DNA of 43,496 nucleotides from a virus (Duplodnaviria; Heunggongvirae; Uroviricota; Caudoviricetes): IMG/VR virus record IMGVR_UViG_2718218360_000017; one strand, 5' to 3'. Shown piece by piece: positions 36,067 to 43,496 of this stretch (position 1 is its first letter; each line of letters starts with the position of its first letter). The notes under the pieces were generated by a model. It saw only the letters and a program-made list of their open reading frames with translations, ran no database searches and was not told where the DNA came from. The position numbers and the translations under genes were made by a program.

Positions 36067-36407
36067 ATGTTTTCGAAATGGAAGGGTTTCTTCGCGGGAA
36101 ATGTGTACCGCGAGATCTGAAAGTGAATGAAACAAATGCTGAGTATCTGGTGCGTAAATTCGATGAAGTACGTGCTGAGGCTCGCAACGAGGGTATTAAC
36201 TATACCGCAAGCCGTCTTGCTGCTGCTTTCAATCACGGATTTATCAATAAGCCTTTGGCTGAAGTTTTCGACGTTACACGCATGATTTTGTCAGCGAAAG
36301 AAGAGTTGGCTAATGAAGCGCATCCGATTGATGGCCTGTCTGGTGAATATGCGGAGAAATCCCTTGAAGAATGGGCGGAACAGATTCGCAAAGGAAGCAG
36401 CCAGTGA
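36057..36407 (+). CDS. Hypothetical early protein
   Basis: 116 aa, overlapping start and stop with neighbours. Confidence 0.5.
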   Translation: MRMNVFEMEGFLRGKCVPRDLKVNETNAEYLVRKFDEVRAEARNEGINYTASRLAAAFNHGFINKPLAEVFDVTRMILSAKEELANEAHPIDGLSGEYAEKSLEEWAEQIRKGSSQ

Positions 36408-36694
36408 ATATCGACACGACAATAACGATCGATACGCTCCTAAATACCGGTCTGGCACTTCTCGGTTGGCTTTACATCATGTCCCGCACATGGCGATGGC
36501 TGGGTTCCATTTTCCTAAAACAGTGGAAAAAACGGCGCAAACAGGAACTACGCCAGAAGGCATTAGAAGCGTTCTATGACGCATTTGAGCTTAGCCGCAT
36601 TGAACCAGGTACAACAGCCAGGATAGCGACAAAAGGCGACCTGATGATAGTGATGTTCCGACAGGAGAGAGCAGAGAAAGGGGAATCAGCATGA
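36404..36694 (+). CDS. Small membrane protein (one predicted TM helix)
   Basis: GTG start with aggaag Shine-Dalgarno; TM segment LLNTGLALLGWLYIM; stop overlaps the next ATG. Confidence 0.5.
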   Translation: MNIDTTITIDTLLNTGLALLGWLYIMSRTWRWLGSIFLKQWKKRRKQELRQKALEAFYDAFELSRIEPGTTARIATKGDLMIVMFRQERAEKGESA

Positions 36695-37425
36695 AATTTT
36701 CCAAATTTTCTGAGTTGGTGAATCGTATTTTGTCCAACAACCACAGCCATCGTCGCGATATGGATGTAACAATCGTTGTTCATTCGCCTGGCAGCATTGG
36801 TTCAACACCTTCAGTTGAGGTTCAGTCAATTCACGCTGGTTTTGATTGGGATTCCGGGAAAGTGCTTATTTTCCCATCACAGCCACTGACCACGCTAACA
36901 CCAGAACAGATTACTGATATCACTGATAGTGTGCGCAAAGGTCAGTCTTGGCACGCATATCAGGAATACAAGAAGCATCAAGAGCAGTTGGAAAAATTGT
37001 CGATTGAACTGGATGCCGCAAAACAGCGCATTGCAGAGCTGGAGGGTAATCGCACGGCGCTGGCAGTGGAGAATGAGCTGGCTCGTAAGGCAGTTCAGGC
37101 ATTCTGCGATGTTGTTGGCGACAACACCGAGGTTATCGCTGAGGTGGTTGGGCGAGATGGCGTTCTGGTTATTTTGGAGGCCATGAAGGCAACAGGAAAT
37201 ATGCCAGCCACCGATGCTTTCCTGGCTGAAGTGCGGGCGCAGGGCGTGGATGCTGCTATAGAAGCTGCAAAAAATCTGGTGGCCCAAGAATATGAGTATA
37301 AGGATTTCAAAGCGGCGCAGAGTGATTGCTGTATGCACCCTGGTTCAGACCTGGTAGGGAAGGTTGAAATGACTGAGTGGTTAGTTGACTTTGCTGCCCA
37401 GCTTCGCAAAGGAGGCAACCAGTGA
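36691..37425 (+). CDS. Ead/Ea22-like early protein (coiled-coil)
   Basis: 244 aa with a central coiled-coil (..LEKLSIELDAAKQRIAELEGNRTALAVENELARK..). Confidence 0.5.
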   Translation: MKFSKFSELVNRILSNNHSHRRDMDVTIVVHSPGSIGSTPSVEVQSIHAGFDWDSGKVLIFPSQPLTTLTPEQITDITDSVRKGQSWHAYQEYKKHQEQLEKLSIELDAAKQRIAELEGNRTALAVENELARKAVQAFCDVVGDNTEVIAEVVGRDGVLVILEAMKATGNMPATDAFLAEVRAQGVDAAIEAAKNLVAQEYEYKDFKAAQSDCCMHPGSDLVGKVEMTEWLVDFAAQLRKGGNQ

Positions 37426-38054
37426 GCGAAATTAATTACCAGGCACTGCGTGAGGCGGCGGAACGTGCAATTCCAGCAATGGAACGCCTGTTAATGTTGC
37501 CAGCTGATGATGATTTGTTAAGTGAACAGGAACTTAAAGATTACGGTGTGGATATTGATGCGCTCAACGCCTTCAAATTTCTGGCCGGACCAGAAACCGT
37601 GCTGGCACTACTGGATGAACGGGAAAGGAACCAGCAATACATCAAATCCCGCGACCAGGAGAACGAGGATATTGCGCTTACGGTTGGGAAGCTGAGAGTT
37701 GAGCTTGAGGAGACAAAATCAAAACTCAACGAGCAGCGTGAGTATTACGAAGGTGTTATCTCGGATGGGAGTAAGCGCATTGCTGAACTGGAGGAGCGGG
37801 AAATAAAACCAGCCAAAGGTGAAGTTCTGGTCGTTGTATCTGGTTTTACTGGTTGCGGAAAAAGCGCCATTGCCGGGGAAATAGAAATCGCGATGAAGGC
37901 TATTGGTGTACCGGTTAAGTGGACTAATGGCGATGCAGAAAAGCGCATGACTGGCGCTGACTGGCTGACTGCGATTGAGATGTACAAACCAACTGTGCGC
38001 ATCGTGGAAGTTAATGTGCCACGCGCCCCTGGCATTCGCATCAAAGGAGAGTGA
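37422..38054 (+). CDS. Ea22-like early protein
   Basis: 210 aa, MSEINYQALREAAE...LDERERNQQYIKSRDQENEDIALTVGKLRVELEETKSKLNEQREYYEGVISDGSKRIAELE..IRIKGE. Confidence 0.65.
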   Translation: MSEINYQALREAAERAIPAMERLLMLPADDDLLSEQELKDYGVDIDALNAFKFLAGPETVLALLDERERNQQYIKSRDQENEDIALTVGKLRVELEETKSKLNEQREYYEGVISDGSKRIAELEEREIKPAKGEVLVVVSGFTGCGKSAIAGEIEIAMKAIGVPVKWTNGDAEKRMTGADWLTAIEMYKPTVRIVEVNVPRAPGIRIKGE

Positions 38055-38055
38055 T

Positions 38056-38265
38056 ATGGCTATCGCTGCAAGTTACACCATGCATCTCTATTGTGACTGC
38101 CGCCAGTGTACGGAAGGTGTATATCCAGTGCCAGACTTCGGTGAGTATATCGGTACGTCATGGTCTGGTTGTGCAAAAGAGGCCCGTAAAGACGGGTGGC
38201 GAATAAGTAAAGACAAAACACGTGCTTTTGCGCCCGGGCATAAAGTTTTGAGGATTAACAAATGA
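38056..38265 (+). CDS. Small Cys-containing protein (possible zinc-binding), function unknown
   Basis: Internal ATG after RBS aaaggagagtgat; C-x-C-x2-C...C pattern. Confidence 0.45.
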   Translation: MAIAASYTMHLYCDCRQCTEGVYPVPDFGEYIGTSWSGCAKEARKDGWRISKDKTRAFAPGHKVLRINK

Positions 38266-38624
38266 CCACTATTACCAAAGAACGTATCGAATTATTCATT
38301 AAAAATCCGCTTGATAACGGGCTTACCCGTGGCGAACAAATGGAACTGGCACGAATTGCGCTGGCATCACTGGAAGCCGAACCGGTTGCAGTAAACGACG
38401 ACATGGCTTACGCATTCCATCACGCATTGTCAGATTCATCGCTAGGCGCTGATGAAGTAGAGGAAATTAAGGCCGGTTTGCGTGCTGCCTTTGCCAACGT
38501 CACTATCCAACCAGAGCCGGTAGTGCCGGATGAAATCGATCCAGACGATAGCAATACGTTTGATTATGTTGATGGCTGGAACGCCTGCCGCGCTGCCATG
38601 CTTCAGGGTAAGGGAGGTGAGTAA
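38262..38624 (+). CDS. Acidic early protein, paralog A of a duplicated family
   Basis: MTTITKER..ELARIALASLEAEP..VVPD..GWNACRAAMLQG; paralogous to 39499..39870. Confidence 0.55.
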   Translation: MTTITKERIELFIKNPLDNGLTRGEQMELARIALASLEAEPVAVNDDMAYAFHHALSDSSLGADEVEEIKAGLRAAFANVTIQPEPVVPDEIDPDDSNTFDYVDGWNACRAAMLQGKGGE

Positions 38625-38800
38625 TGCGTGTGGCATTTTTCGGCTTGTTACCGTACCCGACTCGTTTTTGGGCTTCTGCGCTAATTGCAAAGCCACATGT
38701 CCTGATGGCTGACAACATCATCCCGGCACCAAAGCGCCGCCATACCGGTATTGCAGCGGCACGACGAGCAGCAAAGAGACGCAGGAGAGCAAAGCGATGA
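38624..38800 (+). CDS. Candidate 58-aa protein with Arg-rich C-terminus (..APKRRHTGIAAARRAAKRRRRAKR)
   Basis: Hand translation, no in-frame stops; ATG overlaps the upstream stop (TAATG) and its stop overlaps the next ATG (ATGA); below the track cut-off. Confidence 0.35.
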   Translation: MRVAFFGLLPYPTRFWASALIAKPHVLMADNIIPAPKRRHTGIAAARRAAKRRRRAKR

Positions 38801-38985
38801 AAAACCGTAAAGCAAAGATTCTGTTAGTTCGTAGAAACGCTCCTGGCGTCTGGCAGTGGGTGAGACTCAGCAACCGACGGATGGGGTTGATGAAATATTA
38901 CGGGATGATGGATTGTGGTTTTTGCAAAAAGCCCAGCGCGGCGCAAAACCGCTGGAAAAACCACTTGCGCACTAAAGGAGAGTGA
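38797..38985 (+). CDS. Small basic protein (62 aa), function unknown
   Basis: Track ORF; overlapping start and stop with neighbours. Confidence 0.4.
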   Translation: MKNRKAKILLVRRNAPGVWQWVRLSNRRMGLMKYYGMMDCGFCKKPSAAQNRWKNHLRTKGE

Positions 38986-38986
38986 T

Positions 38987-39502
38987 ATGGCGTTAACACA
39001 CCGCGAACTCTGTCAGATTGCGTATAAGTTCCTTAAGCGCAACGGGTTCAAGGTTTGTTTTCATGACCGCTTTATAGCTGTAACCAGTACCGGAGAACAG
39101 CCAGATGCTATGGGATTCAGAAATTCAGCATCATGCCTGATAGAGGCGAAGTGTTCTCGTGCTGACTTGTTGGCAGATAGAAAAAAGCGTTTTCGTAAAA
39201 ATCCATCTCTTGGAATGGGCGACTGGCGATTCTTTATTAGTGAGCCGGGAATTATTTCAGTTGAGGATTTACCACCTGGCTGGGGATTACTTCACGTTGT
39301 TAACGGAAGAGTACGGAAAGTACATGGGTGGCCCAAGGGTAATTGCTGTTGGGGTAATCCTGACGATAAGCCATTTACTGGAAATAAGCAGGTTGAATGC
39401 GATTACATGTTATCTGCATTAAGGCGCATGGAGTTGAGAGGGCACCTTAATGAAATATATGACGGTGTAATTGTTAATAAGAAAGAAGGAAACGCGGCAT
39501 GA
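38987..39502 (+). CDS. PD-(D/E)XK nuclease-fold protein (possibly MmcB-like)
   Basis: ..EQPDAMGF..(8)..CLIEAKCS.. fits PD..(D/E)xK; ATG after RBS aaaggagagtgat (track ORF extends upstream). Confidence 0.45.
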   Translation: MALTHRELCQIAYKFLKRNGFKVCFHDRFIAVTSTGEQPDAMGFRNSASCLIEAKCSRADLLADRKKRFRKNPSLGMGDWRFFISEPGIISVEDLPPGWGLLHVVNGRVRKVHGWPKGNCCWGNPDDKPFTGNKQVECDYMLSALRRMELRGHLNEIYDGVIVNKKEGNAA

Positions 39503-39870
39503 TCACTATTACCAAAGAGCGACTGCTGACAATCAAGCAGTGGCGCGAAACATACGGACCGGGTAGCAACGTTGTACTGCCAGCAGAAGAAGCGGAAGAA
39601 CTGGCACGAATTGCTCTGGCATCGCTGGAAGCAGAACCGATAGCGTGGGAATGCGGTGAAAACATAATCCTGTTTAACCCTGACACAGTTGAAGCATACG
39701 CAAAACGTGCGGAAATATCACCTAAACCACTATTCTCCGCGCCGCCAGCGCTGGTAGTGCCTGATAAGTTGCCGCGTGAATACAGAAACGGTTGGCCTCT
39801 TGCGTATAGTGATTATGCTGAAGGCTGGAACGACTGCCGCGAAGCCATGCTTCAGGGAGATAAATCATGA
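39499..39870 (+). CDS. Early protein, paralog B of the duplicated family
   Basis: MITITKER..ELARIALASLEAEP..VVPD..GWNDCREAMLQG. Confidence 0.55.
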   Translation: MITITKERLLTIKQWRETYGPGSNVVLPAEEAEELARIALASLEAEPIAWECGENIILFNPDTVEAYAKRAEISPKPLFSAPPALVVPDKLPREYRNGWPLAYSDYAEGWNDCREAMLQGDKS

Positions 39871-40229
39871 TTAATCGTATCAAGCTGGAGCACATCCTCG
39901 AATATGCCAGGCAGCAGAGGCATATTGGTCAGCATTGTAAAATTCCACCAGGAGATATGGTTGAAATCATGGAGATTGCCATGCGCAAGGCTAGCAATTC
40001 TCCGGTAACTCCGGATGGTTGGATAAGCTGTAGTGAGCGAATGCCGAACGATAAACAGTATGTTTGGTGTTGGGGGAAGTCTTACGGCTGGACTGAGTGC
40101 GATACCTTCGAAGGGTATTACGATTGGTCGAGAAACAAATGGTGGGCAATTACTGACGATGGGGAAGAACCGGCATCGAAAGTAACCCACTGGATGACGC
40201 TACCGGAGCCACCGCAGGAGGTGAAGTAA
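39867..40229 (+). CDS. DUF551-like phage protein
   Basis: 120 aa, C-terminal ..THWMTLPEPPQE.. Confidence 0.45.
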   Translation: MINRIKLEHILEYARQQRHIGQHCKIPPGDMVEIMEIAMRKASNSPVTPDGWISCSERMPNDKQYVWCWGKSYGWTECDTFEGYYDWSRNKWWAITDDGEEPASKVTHWMTLPEPPQEVK

Positions 40230-40444
40230 TGAACAACTTAATGACAACTAAACAAGTCGCCGACTTCTGTGGCGTTTCAGTATCGACCGTTCTTCGCTGG
40301 AACAGTGTAAACAGGAGAACTGGCCAGAAATACAGGCCAGACTTTCCAGATCCTGATATTAAATCCTGCCCAAATAAATGGGCATCACGTAAGATTTACA
40401 AATTTGCCGGAGTTATTGAGGAATGTGAAGCAGCTCAGATATGA
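40229..40444 (+). CDS. xis: Excisionase / AlpA-type HTH DNA-binding protein
   Basis: 71 aa, ..TTKQVADFCGVSVSTVLRW..; last gene of the early-left operon before the integrase end. Confidence 0.6.
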   Translation: MNNLMTTKQVADFCGVSVSTVLRWNSVNRRTGQKYRPDFPDPDIKSCPNKWASRKIYKFAGVIEECEAAQI

Positions 40445-40674
40445 GATGACACATCCTATAGCACATAGCCAAACATAGCAATCAGACTGTCCGCTTTGTG
40501 TTGAAGCGGACATTGCCGCAGCGACTTGTCTTAGCCATAAATAACCAAAACGATGCGCTGTTCATATAAAGTTCTTTTAAACTTCAAATCAGTAATTTTT
40601 GTCTAAATCTTTTCAAACTCATAAAAACCAGTAAGATAAGAAATCACCTTTACCTGTTTTTATGAGAGGCATAA

Positions 40675-41901
40675 ATGATTGATAATGAAGTTAAAATTTT
40701 TGCAAAAGAAAAAGAAAAAATGCTGTGCAACAAACTTTCTTTTTACAGGGAGCATGCTCAATCGAGTGAAGATACAAGAAAAAGAAACGAATTTGAACGA
40801 GACTATGCGCGTATTCTTTATTCCTCTTCGTTCCGCCGGTTACAGGGGAAAATGCAGCTCTTTGAAGTCGATCCTCAAAAATTTAACCGTAATAGACTGA
40901 CTCATAGCCTAGAAGTTGCCCAGATAGCCCGAAGCATCGCATCCGAACTAGAACTTGAACATCCTGTTGTAGCAGAACTGGCTGCACTTGCTCACGATAT
41001 TGGCAACCCTCCGTTTGGTCATTCCGGTGAAAAAAAGCTAAACGATATTGCTAATGATTTCGGCGGCTACGAAGGCAATGCACAGGCACTTAGAATACTC
41101 AGAAGTCTCGAGATAAAGCATCCAAATTGCCCCGGTCTCAACCTTACCCACCGTGCCATTCTCTCCGTCGTTAAATATCCTTATAAAAAGGAAAACGGCA
41201 GAAAAAAATATCTTTATAATGATGACTATAAATACTACACAGAATTGGTAAATAGATATGAATTAGATTTGCAGACTGGCGAGAAGACCATTGATGCACA
41301 GATAATGGATCTGTCAGACGAAATTGCATATGCCGCGCATGACCTTGAAGATGCACTAAGCCGTAGCATGGTCAGTATTGAAGATATTTTTTATGAGTTT
41401 GGGATATCCAAGTACAAAGACTCAATTGATTTATTAAATAAAATCATTGAAAAATCTAAATATACAGCTTCGAGAGCATCAAGACTCAATTCATCTGAAG
41501 AGTTCGCCATAATATTCAGAAAGGAATTGACATCCAATATTGTTAATGCGCTTGTTAATGATATTACTGTTATTCAAAGTGAAAATGGATTCAAGCAACT
41601 TGGATTTAGCACTACAAAAAATCTGTCTGCAGGCCTTAAAGATATCGTATTTAAAGTCATCATGCGAAAAAGAGATATTAAAAGTTATGAGCACAAAGGA
41701 AACATTATCATCGAAGATTTATTTAATTTTTATAATTATAGAGATAACATAGAATTCATATCCCCTCAACTGTATAGAACGCTCCCAAATAAAATAAATC
41801 CTATTTATCAAGAACTTAAAAAACGTGCAATTGTCGACTACATCTCTGGAATGATGGATACATTTGCCATCCGCGAATGGGAAACGCATCACAAAAAATA
41901 A
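40675..41901 (+). CDS. dgt: dGTP triphosphohydrolase (Dgt family, HD domain)
   Basis: Dgt signatures RLTHSLEVAQIARSIA, AHDIGNPPFGHSGE, YEGNAQALRIL, DLSDEIAYAAHDLEDA, DYISGMMDTFA; AT-rich gene flanked by about 230 and 370 bp of AT-rich non-coding DNA. Confidence 0.9.
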   Translation: MIDNEVKIFAKEKEKMLCNKLSFYREHAQSSEDTRKRNEFERDYARILYSSSFRRLQGKMQLFEVDPQKFNRNRLTHSLEVAQIARSIASELELEHPVVAELAALAHDIGNPPFGHSGEKKLNDIANDFGGYEGNAQALRILRSLEIKHPNCPGLNLTHRAILSVVKYPYKKENGRKKYLYNDDYKYYTELVNRYELDLQTGEKTIDAQIMDLSDEIAYAAHDLEDALSRSMVSIEDIFYEFGISKYKDSIDLLNKIIEKSKYTASRASRLNSSEEFAIIFRKELTSNIVNALVNDITVIQSENGFKQLGFSTTKNLSAGLKDIVFKVIMRKRDIKSYEHKGNIIIEDLFNFYNYRDNIEFISPQLYRTLPNKINPIYQELKKRAIVDYISGMMDTFAIREWETHHKK

Positions 41902-42272
41902 CCAAACTGGCGCACATCACCAACAGATTCAGTGCCACTCTTCCCATGGGACAGAACAGTGATTCTGTCCATTATCACCCGATTATACAGATAAGCCACA
42001 TCTAGTAGTTCTGAGCTAGCATTTTCCACATTGATTACGCTTCCGTGCACATCGTTATTTTTAACCAAAAAGAAAGGACATATGCAAAAATAATATCAAG
42101 TAACGGAGTGTGTTAAATCGTAACCAATCATCTTTACTTTACATTTCGTAACTTAAACCGTACGTTTTCTAAACATTAAATATACACTTTGCGCTGTAAG
42201 TTGTATCTCTCCGTTAAGCTCACTGCTCAACGCCAATAGTCATATTTTATTGCGTTCTGGCTGCGCAAATTG

Positions 42273-43496
42273 TCAACTGGAATCTGAACTAGGACAAGTA
42301 ACGAGCGATTCAACCCTCTCCCACCATACCTGGTAGGCTTTACGCTGTTCTTCTAGATAATCGCTCTTGTCATAAACCTGCCATACCCCTGGCAGCTTAT
42401 GACCAAGCATAATTTCTGCAATATGAGGCGCAGTAAGATCAGAAAAGTTTGTTCGTGCTGTTCGCCTCAAATCATGAAGAGACCAATGAGGGAATTGATA
42501 CCCCAAACGTCGCCATGCGAACTGCATTAAATTGTAAGGCAGCGACTGCAATGATGTCCGACCAACTGGCTCCCTGCTTCCTTCCTTAGTAAAAAGCATA
42601 TCGGAACCGTTGTTCATAGAGATAACGTATTTTATAAGCTCTTCAACCGGTTCAATAATGGGCCGCTTTAGTGGTTCGCCTGTTATCTCCCCTGTCTTAT
42701 GTCGTTCTGGCGGTACAGTCCATACCTTATTAATGAAATCAAAATCGTCCACCCTGGCGGTAATTAGCTCTGAACTACGGCAGCCAAAATGCAGCAATAG
42801 TTTAATGAAGGCCCGGTATTTAGGAACCATTCGAGAACCATCGATCGCAGCATAAAGGATTTTAATTTCATCATGTGTCAGAAACCGTTTCTTCTGACCT
42901 TTACGGATATCCATATCTTTACCCGTGATATCCGACAGCGGGCGAGTTTCAATGAGCTTTCTCTTATACGCCCAGACATGGGCCTGCTTTGCGTTAATTA
43001 GTAATCGGTCTGCTATTGCTGGAGCCTTAGTGCTAAGAGGCTCCAGGACTTCTAACCAATCATGCAATGTAGCTGCATCGTGAGGGATATTCCCGATTTT
43101 AGAGAACAGGTGCAACTCAAACGAGCGGAGTATCTGTTCAGAACCCTTTTTATTTTTTACACAATATGCTTCATACCAGGCACGGATCACAGACTCTACC
43201 GTCATGGCTTCAGTAGCTTTTCGTTTTTCAGCCTGCTTGACCAATCGTGGATTACGGTTTGACTCGAGTTCACCACGGAGACGGATAACTTCTTCTCTGG
43301 CCTCTTTTAATCCAGTTGCCGGGTAAGTTCCGATATCAAGACGCTCACCTTTCCCTGCCCATTGATAACGATATTGGAATACTACGCGACCTTTCGGTGA
43401 TACTCTGACAGACAGACCATCACGATCGGATTTAACCAAAACCTTATCACGTTCCTTTCCAACGACTGAACGCAACCACGCATCAGACAGCGCCAT
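42273..43496 (-). CDS. int: Tyrosine integrase (P4/CP4-57-like, N-terminal arm-binding domain)
   Basis: 407 aa; start codon at the window edge; C-terminal catalytic region with ..HDLRRT.. and ..GHKLPGVWQVY.. context. Confidence 0.9.
   Translation of the reverse strand: MALSDAWLRSVVGKERDKVLVKSDRDGLSVRVSPKGRVVFQYRYQWAGKGERLDIGTYPATGLKEAREEVIRLRGELESNRNPRLVKQAEKRKATEAMTVESVIRAWYEAYCVKNKKGSEQILRSFELHLFSKIGNIPHDAATLHDWLEVLEPLSTKAPAIADRLLINAKQAHVWAYKRKLIETRPLSDITGKDMDIRKGQKKRFLTHDEIKILYAAIDGSRMVPKYRAFIKLLLHFGCRSSELITARVDDFDFINKVWTVPPERHKTGEITGEPLKRPIIEPVEELIKYVISMNNGSDMLFTKEGSREPVGRTSLQSLPYNLMQFAWRRLGYQFPHWSLHDLRRTARTNFSDLTAPHIAEIMLGHKLPGVWQVYDKSDYLEEQRKAYQVWWERVESLVTCPSSDSS

Larger units (their letters stand above)
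1..43496. mobile_element. Lambdoid prophage: integrase at right edge, NleG-like effector cargo at left edge, head/tail/lysis/immunity modules between
   Basis: Gene order int-xis-early operon-cI/cro-replication-Q-lysis-cos-terminase-portal-capsid-tail-lom-tail fibre-effector, read from translated ORFs. Confidence 0.9.

Noticed and set aside
1-43496. CRISPR arrays, insertion sequences/transposases, reverse transcriptases or toxin-antitoxin pairs
   Set aside because: No regularly spaced direct repeats, no transposase-like or RT-like translations, and no recognisable TA gene pair were seen; the only repeat families are the ori iterons, the operators and the collagen-like triplets.

Overview
The window is a complete-looking lambdoid prophage (about 43.5 kb) of an enterobacterial, EHEC/EPEC-like host, running from a tyrosine integrase whose start codon sits at the right edge (42273..43496, minus) to an NleG-family type III effector at the left edge (1..651, plus). 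Order from right to left: int, an AT-rich island carrying a Dgt-family dGTP triphosphohydrolase, xis, a plus-strand early-left operon of small tightly overlapping genes, a cI/cro immunity region with repeated operators, a minus-strand early-right operon (replication initiator with internal iterons, Dam-type methyltransferase, RusA, KilA-N protein, Q), a late region with a lipoprotein moron bracketed by duplicated terminators, a tRNA-like fragment, a NanS-p-type sialate O-acetylesterase and an S21-type lysis cassette, then cos, HK97-type head genes and a lambda-type tail module (Z,U,V,G/T,H,M,L,K,I,J,lom,stf). The head, lysis and regulatory genes read as intact, but the tail genes H, K, I and the start of J are broken by several single-base frameshifts, so the element is probably tail-defective unless these are sequencing errors. 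The most interesting candidate is the dGTPase island between xis and int, a possible nucleotide-depletion defence cargo; other leads are an Arg-rich 58-aa ORF, a small insertion between I and J, a structured RNA just downstream of pL in a phage with no recognisable N gene, and small unannotated membrane peptides in the lysis region. All calls come from reading the translations and motifs by eye; no database search was run. Positions I derived by hand are approximate to a few bases, because at one place (around 12300-12360) my reading of the text disagreed with the supplied ORF track by one base; I treated the track as authoritative.
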